Below are positions 10,899 through 22,695 of a stretch of DNA of 32,902 nucleotides, piece by piece. The translations under genes were made by a program, and so were the position numbers. The stretch spans positions 1 through 32,902 of the forward strand of contig LXFE01000323.1 of the NCBI GenBank assembly GCA_001929475.1, in the 5' to 3' direction. How positions within the stretch are numbered: the stretch's first letter is position 1; every line of letters starts with the position of its first letter. Below the pieces are notes generated by a model. It did not search any database, was not told where the DNA came from, and saw only the letters and a program-made list of their open reading frames with translations. This DNA is from Neolecta irregularis DAH-3 (taxonomy: Eukaryota).

Positions 10899-11111
10899 GT
10901 CGTACTTTTATATAGAACAGGAAAAAACACATGTACAATTTCAGACATGCCCTGTTGTATTCCTGTCAGATCAGCGTAAATCAGAATCCACCGCCGATTT
11001 CGAACAAAAACTTTTGCATTATCGGGAACAAATGGAAGAAAAGGGCAGTCACGCAGGGACTGACATCAGCAAAAGAAGATATATACATGAATAACACATA
11101 CCTGCAGCAGG

Positions 11112-13109
11112 TTACAATCCTAGTTGTTGTTCCATCTGCTCAATATATATTCTGAGCGTTTCGTATGAATGAGCTTCAGGGTCTGCTATTGCCAGACACG
11201 CACGAATCGATGCAATGAGTTCAGCATCTGGTTCAACCGGCAGGCGTTCAGATTTCATCTCAGGCCACACCTTGCTGATAGCATAAATTGCTTCACGCTG
11301 ATTGCGAGATATTGCAACGAGACTGTAAGTCAAAGTATACATATCCTTGTCCCGGTGAAACCCCGCCAGCTTGACGTCTTTGAAACGCTCCCAGAACGCA
11401 ATCCATAGGTGACATGTCGCTAGGTTTTTGAGCATAAGATTTAAAAATTCAACTGTAATGGGGATTTCAAAGGCACCAAGAATGCTTTCTATGATGAAAG
11501 CAGCAGGATCGGAAAACGGCGGTCTCCTGGTGGGCGCGTAGTGCAACTTTTTACCCTCGGATCGGAGGTGTTCGTATTCTTCCAAAATACCATGTACCTC
11601 CCTTTTGATCTCTTCATCTGTGGGAAGAATGGGTGTGCATAGAGTATAAAGCGCCTTCATCAATCTTTCGTTATGAATTTCAAATCCGGCTTGAGCGTAG
11701 AGTTCCACAACTGACTTCAGGGGATGAAAACGATGTCGAAGCAAAACTTGGCGGCGAAGTTTAGCCTGACCAGACCCTGAATATTCAATCGTACAATTTC
11801 GATTACTAAGCGAAGCAGCAAGACAATCGATCACATCAAAGTAGACCTGTTGAGGCAACATGACACCCCGTGCGATAGCTAGATGTAAGAATCTCGTGAG
11901 GTCGTGACTAGTAAATGCCTCGAAGTTCAAAGAGTGCGCCGTAAGCGCTAACTTGAATCGTTCGAGCCATAGCTCAACAGAAGCATGTAGAGGGAATGTT
12001 GCGCCAGCTGATCGCAAGACAGCTTGGATTTCCCGAGCAGAGGTTTCTGAAGAAAATTTATGCATAGCAGAAGCATGAGCATCAAGGATAAGTTTATGCT
12101 TCTCACTTTCCGGCCTATCGATGAGATGAACGAAGCGCAACACCGATTTGTAGTCGCCTTCCGCAATATAACTCTGAAACGATTCCCAGATTTGTTGCTG
12201 TGAATGAGATCGGACATCACTATCAAGCATTGCTTTCTTGAGAAGAGTTTGGAAATCAAAATCCTCCAAATGAGACTCATGAACAATCAAAGACGAGTAG
12301 GATCGTCGAGAGTTTGCAAATGTAGAATAAAAACGAAGACTCTGACCGCGCATCTGCTTGGTTCCAACTATCCTTGAACTATCCGATGAGAGGATTTGGT
12401 CCTCGGAGTCTTCCTCGGAGAGTTTTAAGAGCCGTTTACGGTATAAACCCTCAAGGTCATATTCTTCTCGTCCGTCTACAGTAAAAAGGTGTATCATCAG
12501 GCCGTGAGCTGCCATGTCAATGCACACCCACTTTGCACAATCGTCTGGAACCTGGAGAAATCCGGATCGGTTCTTTCGTTTTGCCCGCCGTAGTTTTCGA
12601 TATTTGTCTTCTACTTCCAACCCCTCAGCTCGGGGTTTGGTTCCCAATGTATTTTTCAGCCACAAAAGGAATTCTTCGCCTCCAACAGTAAGATGACGCT
12701 CGCCCTTTGCTGAACAGATAATCATGATTGTGCTGCTTCCAAATGGCGACAGGGGTTCCTCGAAGCCCTCGCTCCTAAGATCGAGGATTTTAAAGTCGCT
12801 GAAATTAAGGTGATTCGTCAAGTGATGTACAACGTCTATTAGAAGTTGCGGGGGATTTGAAGGGAGAACAGCTTCGATATCTTCGCACTCGGCAAGATCT
12901 CCAGCATGTAAAGGCCACGACTGGCTTTCCGGTTTGTCATCTTCAATATACCATGGTTTGGCTGGGTGAGCTTGGCCATACGCCGGATCCTGGATATCTT
13001 TTTGTGCTTCTCCCGGCGCTCGAAGTAGAAAACGCGCACTTTGTCTAATCTGGAGGGACCGCGAAGTTGAGATCAGTCGGCGAAGAACCACAGATACCCT
13101 TGGGTACAT
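11112..13109 (-). CDS. ATP25: Mitochondrial ATPase synthesis protein 25 (RsfS/Iojap-like N domain plus C-terminal mRNA-stabilisation domain), intronless
   Basis: Arg/Ser-rich presequence MYPRVSVVLRRLISTSRSL, KPWYI, LPSNPP, ILDLR, IMIICSAKGERHL, EGL..RKLRRAKR, WVCID and IHLFTVDGREEYDLEGL. C-terminal WIAFWERF..LAGFHRDKDMY. Confidence 0.85.
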   Translation of the reverse strand: MYPRVSVVLRRLISTSRSLQIRQSARFLLRAPGEAQKDIQDPAYGQAHPAKPWYIEDDKPESQSWPLHAGDLAECEDIEAVLPSNPPQLLIDVVHHLTNHLNFSDFKILDLRSEGFEEPLSPFGSSTIMIICSAKGERHLTVGGEEFLLWLKNTLGTKPRAEGLEVEDKYRKLRRAKRKNRSGFLQVPDDCAKWVCIDMAAHGLMIHLFTVDGREEYDLEGLYRKRLLKLSEEDSEDQILSSDSSRIVGTKQMRGQSLRFYSTFANSRRSYSSLIVHESHLEDFDFQTLLKKAMLDSDVRSHSQQQIWESFQSYIAEGDYKSVLRFVHLIDRPESEKHKLILDAHASAMHKFSSETSAREIQAVLRSAGATFPLHASVELWLERFKLALTAHSLNFEAFTSHDLTRFLHLAIARGVMLPQQVYFDVIDCLAASLSNRNCTIEYSGSGQAKLRRQVLLRHRFHPLKSVVELYAQAGFEIHNERLMKALYTLCTPILPTDEEIKREVHGILEEYEHLRSEGKKLHYAPTRRPPFSDPAAFIIESILGAFEIPITVEFLNLMLKNLATCHLWIAFWERFKDVKLAGFHRDKDMYTLTYSLVAISRNQREAIYAISKVWPEMKSERLPVEPDAELIASIRACLAIADPEAHSYETLRIYIEQMEQQLGL

Positions 13110-13194
13110 AAATAGGCTGTGTATGAAAAAAGTTTCATCCGAGATCGATCCACGCTCCTCCACAAAAACCAAAAATATTTACTTGGATAGAAAG

Positions 13195-14296
13195 ATGGCC
13201 TCTATCGATTTGCAAACCCTGAATCACTTCGAGTTTGATAGAATTTTAAATGACGGCAACACTATTGTCTTCTAGGACACAAATTGACAGTTGAAGATCC
13301 TCGCACAAAATCTATTACATTACTTGGAAATTTGAAATCACAACGCGCTATAGTAACGCTGGAAAAGACCCCATTCCCTTATGATAACCCTGAAAACATT
13401 CTGGATGAGTCTTCGCTTCGATCAATTGTCCTTGGATTCAGTAACGATGTCTATTCATGGTATCATGGCTTTGCAAAGTCAACGTCACCAGCGTTCAAAA
13501 TCAATATAATTTGGCCTACTACTGAAGCTGTACAATTATTTACCCAGATATTGAGCCCTAAATCTTAAAGCATATTAGGAAATACTCCAAACAAAGTTTT
13601 CGTATGGTGACAGAGACGCCAGAAATCTACAAAACCTTGGTCGAGCCGTACATTGATGCGGTAAGTGCTAATAGATGTCAATGGTGTTTATGAGTTTCTC
13701 CGAGGACGACTGACGAGAAGGGTTTACAATATCTTGAATCACACCACTGAGTCAGATCGCATTGTCTATGAAAATCCGGATGTTCTTACTGGCTACATTG
13801 TGCTTCCCGATCTGTATCCTCTTATTGCGCCATCACAGCTAATATTCAGTAAATGGGATGGAAAGATGGTTTCATCGCTATATCTCTGTGCCATCTTTCA
13901 TAGAAAGGATCTTCGGTCGATTCGAGATCTGACGACGGACCATATAATGCTGTTGAAAGATTTCCGAGAAAGCATTTTGTATGAGATACCCAAGAAATAC
14001 CATATCGATAGCAATCAGCTGAGAATATACTTTCACTGTACGTCATCTATATCTTTATATACGATCCAATTAACGAGGCAGATCATCCGTCTTACTACCA
14101 TTTGCATGTTCATATCGCTCATGTATCATACGATGGCAGTTTTGGGTCGGTCGCGGGAAAAGCAATTCTAATCGAAGAAGTAATTGAGAGACTGCAAGAA
14201 TGTCCCACGGGAACTGGATATTCTTCAAAGACCTTGACATTTTCTATCGGAGAAGAGTCTGATATCTGGAAGAATATTTTCGCAAGGTTGACTTAG
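13195..14296 (+). CDS. DCS1: m7GpppX diphosphatase (scavenger decapping enzyme DcpS, HIT family)
   Basis: FEFDRILND-DPRTK, NDVYSWY, IWPTTE.HIRKYSKQ, VTETPEIY, WVYNIL, VLPDLKWDG, SIRDL and the HIT motif YFHYHPSYYHLHVH after splicing. The first intron (13256-13296) is GC-AG. Confidence 0.93.
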
Positions 14297-14648
14297 AATT
14301 GCCGTGCAACAGACTTGCGCGAGCTTCACTATTATGTCACTATACGTCGGAAAAGAATATGTCGGAGGCTATCTCATGCTTACCAATATTCTTTGAAAAG
14401 ACAATCGTACTGCGATACTTCAATTCACATAATGTCAGTATTCATCATTCTACCTCGCTTTTTTTGTTATCGTTCTTTAGTCCTCATTGTATCTTTCTTC
14501 TTGCATCCCTGTTAATCCATATCAACGCCTTTCCTGGCCCTATTTTTCCTGGGCATCTCCACATTTCAAATAAAACTAACTTCAAGTGACGGAAGTGCTC
14601 GCGAAGTCAAGAATGTCGACAATCTCCTTGGACAAGTATTTGGAGCAG

Positions 14649-15384
14649 CAATGTTGTGGATGGTCCATGGGCTTTTTCACGTGACACATTGATTAAATGC
14701 CAACCACCACCATGCCACCAAATGTGTCGCCCACTCGCTTCCTCTCACTAGTCACTCCCCTGACCATCACCTCGCTCTACCAATGCCCTATGCCCTTGTC
14801 CCACTGCCTCGCAGCCTTTGTCAACCGCCTTTTGCTGCAGAAAGTGCACAACCTACACAGACCCGGCTATCCTGCCAGCCTACTCAAACTCCACTCCCTC
14901 CCGTCTCTCCCTCCCGTCCCTCCTGCCTTGCCCGCCTGTCCCTCCCATCCTGCCTGTCCCTCCTATCTCACGTGCCTTGCCTGCCTGTCCCACCTGCCTG
15001 TCTCTCCCATCTCGTTCTCCGTCTCCCCGCCCATCCCGCCCATCTCGCCTGCCTCACTCGCCTTGCCTGCCCGTCTCTCTCGCCTCTCCCACCCGTCTCG
15101 CATCCCTCTCGCGCTTCTCCTGCTCACCTGACTTGATTACCTCAACCGCCCTTTCTGCCTCACGCGCCAATCTCTCCCGCCTCGCTCGCCTGCTTGGCCT
15201 GTCTTGCCCACCCGCCTGTCAGTTCCCTTGCCAATCTTTAGATAGATATAAAGAATTATATACATAATATAGCAATTTATACTTGAATTTTAACATATTC
15301 CTGCCCTGCACGCCACCACCCAAATCTGTTGTCACGTGTTAGGCCCGGCCGTCCATGAAAAAGCTCATGGCATCCATAACACTG
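14649..15384. mobile_element. Non-autonomous DNA transposon (MITE-like), probably hAT family, 736 bp
   Basis: Left end CAATGTTGTGGATGGTCCATGGGCTTTTTCAC versus the reverse complement of the right end CAGTGTTATGGATG--CCATGAGCTTTTTCAT. Inner inverted CACGTGACA at 14678 / TGTCACGTG at ~15330. Flanking 8-mers TGGAGCAG (14641-14648) and CGAAACAG (15385-15392) differ only by transitions. No transposase. Confidence 0.75.
14870..15232 (+). repeat. Pyrimidine-rich degenerate tandem repeats inside the element (CTCGCCTGC/CCCGCCTGTC-like)
   Basis: The + strand is strongly C/T-skewed, with recurring CCTGCCTGTC, CTCGCC, CTTGCC and CTCACC variants. Confidence 0.85.
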
Positions 15385-16016
15385 CGAAACAGCGAGGAGA
15401 TCGCAGGGAACGAGATCCGAGCATGTCGTACAGTAATACGAAACCTACTGCAAGCCGTCTACGATTATTATCAGCCAAAGGGCAATACTTCTGATCATCA
15501 TTAAACTCTATGCTGCTGACCTCCTCAAGAAAATTGAAAAGCTTTATGATGATAATATTCCGACCGACAACCTAGTCAACCTGAACGGAAGCGCGGAGGA
15601 TGTCCAGAGGTATGCTGATTCTGTCTATTAATCCAAATTGCTATATAAATACAAGCTGCTATCTTTGTGGATGCTTTGACTTTTCTTTGAATGCTTCAGA
15701 ACCGAAGGAATAGACAGACGCTTTCCCACTGGAACACGTCAGTGAGGGATAAGTATTGCCTCGAAGCGTTCTCGCCAGGGTTATGTCCTACAAGGATCCC
15801 GGACAAAGTAGATTCTCTATAGTACATCAAATCCGAGGACTTGTTATCAAACACCAATTGTTGATTAGATAGACCGGAATCAGAGGTTATAGGTCACGAG
15901 CCTCTGACTTTGCAACAATTGATTATTGTTAGTCGCTGCACCTTCTCGAATTGCTCCTTACTCTTGCTTTGGCCTAAACACTACTCTCAGTCGGTCGCAT
16001 AGGATTACGAGACTCA

Positions 16017-19000
16017 ATGTCCACCAGCGACAATAAACCTGACCTATCCGGGTCAAACCACCGCCTAAATTCCAACGATATCGATTCTGCGCTACTCTAT
16101 ACATCTCTCACGACAGCAGTTCCTACAGGACCAAGTAAGTCGATCCAGCTAGAAGTTGCATTCTCACATATCAGTCCTAGATATTATTTCCCAGCCTGTT
16201 CTCCAGCCCGTTTACTCAACTACACTCTCATTATCGGAATCCGAGAACACTTGGATAAAAGAAAACTTTACCAATTTATATTCCTGTGAACCAGTCTCTC
16301 AACATCAGCACAGTTTTCGGGAGCATTTTCAGCAGTTAGCCGCAGACATAAATGCCTTGGATCTCGGATTCCTGTATAATAAACAATCATAGACAATCCA
16401 CTGAATGATCAGTCAATTCAAGGATCAAACTTCTTTTGGTGGCCTCGAGCGAAATTCCAGTAGTCAGGAAGAACTCAAAGTTGTTGCTCAAGCCCGAAAG
16501 AAACTAGGAAAGTTCGCCAGTAGCATTCTCGACCAAATGAATTTAAACTTTAGATGTATCGTTTGATCTAGCAACTTTGGACTGATAAACATAGATCCTA
16601 CACCGATGACGCCTAGTTCGAGAACTGGGACTGCAGCACAGTTTTCTTTCCTGAATACGGACCATTCCGCCGACCATGACATTCTTTTTCAGTCGTCACC
16701 TCCGGCATACAAACCAGAAGCCATCATTGCCAATAAAATAGACGCATCTCATGTTTCGCACTTGATCGAACCGCAGATAACCATGCACAAGACGCCTAAC
16801 CCTTCAACCTCTGCCATAAAATCCGGAAAAGAAAGTCGTGAAAGATTGCGTGTGACTGAACTACTTACAAAGAACATTGTAAATTCGACAAAGTTAGTAA
16901 AGGATGACAAAATCAGGGGAGAATATGCAGTAAAGGAGTTTCAGTCGCTTTGCGAAGACATTTTCGAAGCCGATGATGCCCATGTACCAGGTGAACCTCT
17001 TTCAGAATCGAACGACGCTCAGATATTGTGGTCCTTGGGGACTCATTTGAACGGAGAGCCCTGTCTATCTTTCGAGATTATGGTTCGTTTGGAAAAATTA
17101 ATTACGAATGTCATTAAGTTGAAGAGGAGCAAGGATTTATTGATATCCGATCTCTTTCGAATTCAAAAAATATGCAAAAGGTCAATATCGCTTATTTCAG
17201 AAGAAGATTTGGGAGGTATTGATTTTGAACAACAATCTGGGGTCGACGAGTTACTCAAGCGAATCGACCTCAATGAAAAATCTCTTATGGCTTCTTCACT
17301 CATTTTACTGATTGCACAAAGCTATCATAGGGAGAAACAGGTTTTTTGTTCTTTACCTCTTTCACTCATTAATCAGTTATGCTCTGAAGAATTGCTACTC
17401 AATATTGCAGACAATGTCAAGTCTCTCGTGGAGAATAACCTTCATACAATGATCAATGGAGATATCAAGGGTTAGGCTTTCTTGCTTGTCAAACTGATGG
17501 AAGAAAATAAGTCTGCATACTTTAGAGCTGCTTTGACCCATAAAAGGTATTTGGGATCACTTCTGCAGCGCGTCATTCATGTAATGTCTTCTTTCGGTAA
17601 TCTCATAGAACAATTCTTGTCCGAAAACATCATTACGAGGCTAGAGTTTCTGTCCGTCGGTCTCATATTTGTTGAAAACAGTCCGAAGGATGTCTCTTCT
17701 ATCTTTACTCCAGTTATGGTTGAGAGTCTAAGAGTCATATCGATGGATCTGATTTGTAAGGTAAGATGTTTTCAGCTCACCTCGTTGATAATCTAGATTT
17801 TTTCCCGATATGAAGATCAGCGTGATTTCATTACAGAAGAAATTCTCGGAAATCTGACAAAGTTACCGTCTAGTCGTCAAAAAGCTCGTCAATTTATACT
17901 AAACAATGGAAAACATGTTCAGTTGATAAGTGCACTTCTTTTGCGCTTAGTGCAGTCGTTTTCTCAAACTGTTGCTGTGGACAAAAGTTTCTTGGCAGAG
18001 ACTTATTCTGGTTATCTCATTAATGGATCTCCAGACCAGGGAAGAGAGTTTTCGTCAAAAGACTTGACTCATGTTCACAAGCATGTATGGAGATAATTAT
18101 GGGTTTCTGCTGACGCGAGATTGCAAGGAAAGCATCCATTGCATCCGAAAATGCAACACATATTACTCATCGTATCGTTAATTGGATTGTAACCAAAGCA
18201 TTTAGAGAACCAAAGACTAGCACATTGGAAAATCCACAAAAAGTCTTTTTTGAAATCCTCGTTAATGATTTTTTAATAATGTTTACCTCGTCGGACTGGC
18301 CGGCAGCAGAATTGATGCTCGGTGTAATTATCAAACACCTTGCATCTCACCTTGCCGATGACAGGAATCATGCCAATACTCGCGGTTCTGCTCTAGACTC
18401 TCTGGCAAACATTATGAGCAATGTGCGGAGTATTACTATTGAAAGTCAGGCAGAACTAGTGGAAAAGAATTTGGGATTTCAAACTCATGTTCCAATTTCC
18501 GAAATGACCAAAGAAATTGATGTAGATCAATGGGATTACATTATGGGAGGGTATGAAGTGATCCTTCAAGACTCTTCAAATGCCACTTTTCCTGATGCTC
18601 GAATCAAGGTAAATCTGTTTTAAATCAACAGCAGTGACTCAATATTAGGATGGGTTTCAGTTCTTAATAGTAAGACTTCTTAATGACGTTCTTCAAGCTC
18701 GTGAAAATATCGATGATACTAACACGAGTTCGCCAATTTTTCAACGAGCGAATAAAGCAATACATACACTTGGAAACATCATCGTTGCTTCCACATATAA
18801 AAGCATACATACTTTTACAGAATCTACAAGTCCTCAGTCTCTTCGTTCTGCTTATCATACTGTGTTGTCAACCTCGACAACTTGTCGTTCCTTTGATACA
18901 ATCATACAACGACTTATTCAGCTGCTCGATGCACCGCAGATTGTACTTCGAACAAAGGCTCTCAAAGCACTGGGTCATATATCATTGTCAGATCCCTCAG

Positions 19001-21789
19001 TGCTTTCTAGAACATCGATCAAGACTGCTGTAGCTCATCGAATGTCTGATACATCGCCTCAAGTCCGAGATTCAGCACTGGATCTTGTTGGAAAATACGT
19101 TCAGATGCAGCCAGCATTGGCCAAGGGCTATTTCCAATACATTGCTGAACGTCTTACTGTATGTGATTATGTAAGCACTCACTTATATTTGCAGGATCCT
19201 GGATTAAATGTTCGTAAGCGTGCTATGCGTTTATTAAAGGAACTTTATATCAGAGGCGATCAAGAAATCAAGATTGAAATCGCATTACGGTTGATTCCGT
19301 GTATTTCTGATAGTGAAGAGGGAACCAGAGTATACATCCCTTTTCGTCTGCATAGTGATGAAGTTTTAAGGAATTTGCTAGCAAAACCATGGATGAGCTC
19401 TGGTTTGAATCGGACACAACAATGCCGGTCGTTGCCAACAAGAAACAGTTTTACCACAAGGCGGCCGTCATAATTAAATCAATCAGTAAACTCGGAAGAT
19501 TCAGTCCTTTGGTTTATGATTTAGTTCGACCGGTGCGCTTACTCTTCCCTGCCTTTCCCCTTATATTTTTAGAAGAATAAGCCTGAAAATCTTGGTATAT
19601 TGAAATCTTTTGTGCATGCAATCTACGAGCTTTTATTACAGAGTCAAAGCGCTAACGATAATATTGAAGATAAAATTGAGTGCCTTTCGGCAATCGCAGT
19701 TTTCGTGCGAGTTGCCCCTCTTGCAATTGATTGTTCACATCTCGTATCACTACAAGTTGAGTTAGAGTCCAAGGATCAGACAGTTTTGTACCTTGTTCTG
19801 ACGATCTATCGATCGACCCTTCCGTCGTTGGCAAATATACCAAAGAGCTTTCTTATCAATATCCAAAAGACTCTACTTGGAAAAATGACGACATTTTTCA
19901 CTCGAGTATACACTCTTGTAAATCAACATGTTAACGATCAGGTACTAAAAGAAGCTGTTCCTGTGATTTGCGCAGTTTCCGAGAAAACCAATGAAATGCA
20001 AAGAATCACTGCAACGATTCTCTCATGTTTGAATGGAATTTCTGTGGCTAAGAATCTTGCAATTAACAACGAAATCGTTTCATATAGTCGTAATCTAGCT
20101 CTTCTACTAGTCTTGCTAGGTCTATTTGGACAGAACTGTGATCTTGATCGAGCGGAACTTGATCTAGGCAAACTCGTTGACAACACAAAATTCGAGTCAG
20201 TGAATGATTACATCACCGATACGATATCGTTGTTTTGTAACTATTGTTGTCATGAAGATATACAAAAGTCTGCGATACAAGGCTTGTGTATGTGCTTTAT
20301 CAAGGGTGGACGTTTATTAATTTTTCAGGTTTTCTGTGTTCCACTAATTCGTCGCTCTTTTTAAAATCTTCGGTTCTCAAATCTATGGATAGGGTCTTCT
20401 CGAGTGATAATCAAAAACATAAAATTACATTGCTAAAGGGTCTTCATGAATATCTACTGTTGGAAGAGCAAAGGATGATGATTGCTGCTGAGAATGAAAA
20501 ATTCAGCCAGCAAGTGAATGCCGCTACTCTTAACCGCGAGAATCGAATTAACCAAGATTCTGGGTATGCCATTATTTTATTTAGTACGTATTAATTTTTA
20601 GCGTTGCAACATCGTTGATGCAAAGATACTTGGACTCTATTCTCACCGCAGCTATGGGACAAGATTTACAGCTGTCTTTTGTTGCAGTCCAAATTATTCA
20701 GAGTATCGTAGCTCAAGGACTTGCCAATCCAAGAAACGTAAATATATACTCGCCGCTGATTTGCTAATATATTAGTGCATGGGTACCGTGATTGCATTAC
20801 AAACGTCCGCAGACGCAAGGATACGCGAAATCAATATTATGCTACATACAGAATTGAACGCAAAACATGAATCGTTGATCGAAACGTGCTGCGTCTCTGG
20901 AGTGAGGTCTATATTCGAGTATCAGAATAGTATGACTGGCGATACACAAGGTATTTGCGATTATTTATCTGTATTAAAAATCAAGGATTTATCGACGGTT
21001 CTATTCGCTTATCTCATTTAACCGCTCTTTATAAAATACTCAAAACAAACCGCATATCAAAGAAGAAATTCTTTAATGGTCTAGTTACTTCGCTTGGTAT
21101 GGATCCAATGAGTAATACAATTACGTTAGAGGATGTACGATATACAAAATTCGTGGTGGAGGCTTTGTCTTGTCTGGACTTTGCTACTCTGGAGGAAGTT
21201 TTACTTGTGATTCATGTGCTTGATCGGCACCTTGTCACGACTGCGGATTCGATATTGCAATCAGTTGAATCTATGCTGTTGGAAGTGTCGTCTTCTATGT
21301 TGCATGGTGCAGTTTTATATTCAGCGATATTCATTCTCAAGAAACATTTAAAACAAATGTATGGACTTTCGGAACAAAAATGTCGAGCATTTGATTCTAG
21401 CAAGATTGGGATTTCAAGAGATGCGAAGCCTGCCGTCAAGCAAGATTCTTCTGTTTTGTTATCATGGGATCAAGTTCCTGGGATGAGACGAGCCAGCAGG
21501 GAAATAGCCGACTATAAGGCGGTATGTTTCTGTGGTTGGAGAACTTCTTTTAAAGCCCTAGTTTTGTTTGCTTATGAATGAACAACCGAGTTATGAAGAA
21601 TATGCAGTAGAGGATGCGATACATAGTCTTGAGGGCACATTTCTTATCGAAAGGTCTGGTACTGAGGCTGGTGACTCTGCTACAGAGGGAACCACGCCGG
21701 GCTCAAAATCCGGCAGAAAGAGAAGAAAAACGGAGGTCATAATGGAGGATTCTCCCACAAAGAAACGAAAGCCGTTGAAGAAAACGTAG
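16017..21789 (+). CDS. SCC2: Cohesin loader Scc2/Mis4/NIPBL (many short introns)
   Basis: QRDFITEEILGNLTKLP..RQKARQF, DWPAAELML, LRTKALKAL, DTSPQVRDSALDLVGKY, DPGLNVRKRAMRLLKELY, DSG...SLMQRYL, QGLANP and CMGTVIALQTS. HEAT repeats plus a Nipped-B C-terminal region and a basic NLS-like tail. Confidence 0.93.
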
Positions 21790-21885
21790 GAATGAAATCT
21801 GGGATGGCAAATGGACATGTACAAATTTAATGGGTGGAGCTTCGGGGCGTATATACATTGAAATTTTTATTTGCATAGCAGTGTT

Positions 21886-22614
21886 TTAATCAAGACTTGG
21901 GCTTAATGCAACGAGGGAGAATTGAATGTTTGATTGTTCTCGTTGGATGAACTGGCGTATGAGTGTGATTACTGCTTCGCCGAGGAGATCTTGGTCGTCT
22001 GGCAGGATTCCTCTATCGAGAGGCCCGCTACGTCTACCGTCGAGTTCATAAATGTGGCCGTCTGTTCCCCGTGTATAGCAGACGAAATGCAGATTTGTGT
22101 CTTGGTCGGCGTCTGGTGGAGCAGAGTCGCCTTGAGAGGCCATTTCTTTGTGCGCATCGGCGAGGATGGAGGAGGTTTCGAGGACTCGAGGTCTTTCTGC
22201 AGCTGGACGAGACAAAAGCTCAGTGATTAGAGTGTTCAATGCACTTGCAGGAACGATGTTGTCCACCACACCATTGTTTGCAATGCTGTGGAGCAGGGCG
22301 ATGGTTCCTTGGCAGATCAGCGACCCACAGTATTATGCCACACCACAGGCGTTTTTGATTGTCTGTTTTATCCAGCAGACGTGTTTAGAGTCTGGAGAAG
22401 CGCCGAATCTCGCGTCGTCGTCGGGTATGGAGTGTTGGTATGCTTGAGAGAGGGGAAAGACAAGGAGGAGTGCCTTTGCAGGGCGCGGAATGAGATCGAG
22501 TAGGTCCAATGAGTAGACATCGTGAAAAGCGAGGTTTTTTTCGAGGCCGAGAATGCGGGAGAATCGGGTCAGCAGCGCGGGATTGTTTTCGACGGGGACA
22601 AAAGCGGCAGCCAT
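21886..22614 (-). CDS. YUH1: Ubiquitin C-terminal hydrolase (peptidase C12, UCH-L3/Yuh1 type)
   Basis: FVPVENNP, FHDVYSLD and PRPAKALLLVFP. Catalytic KQTIKNACGTIALLH joined across the 36-nt intron 22343-22308. HFVCY and YELDGRR. Confidence 0.93.
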
Positions 22615-22695
22615 GCGAAATTGGGTGTTTGTAGAAGCGGTAACTAGCAAACGTCGGGAATTTATTCTTATTCGCCAACCACCCGAATTTCTCCA

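Noticed and set aside
10840..11155. Short + strand ORFs between aminopeptidase P and ATP25
   Set aside because: They overlap the ends of both genes in antisense, have no motifs, and the region is probably UTR or promoter.
14697..15267. Three overlapping Pro/Ser/Leu-rich ORFs
   Set aside because: Stop-free by-product of the polypyrimidine repeats inside the MITE.
16017..21789. Frameshifted or pseudogenised SCC2 (and other fragmented genes)
   Set aside because: The breaks examined coincide with GT-AG mini-introns that restore the frame.
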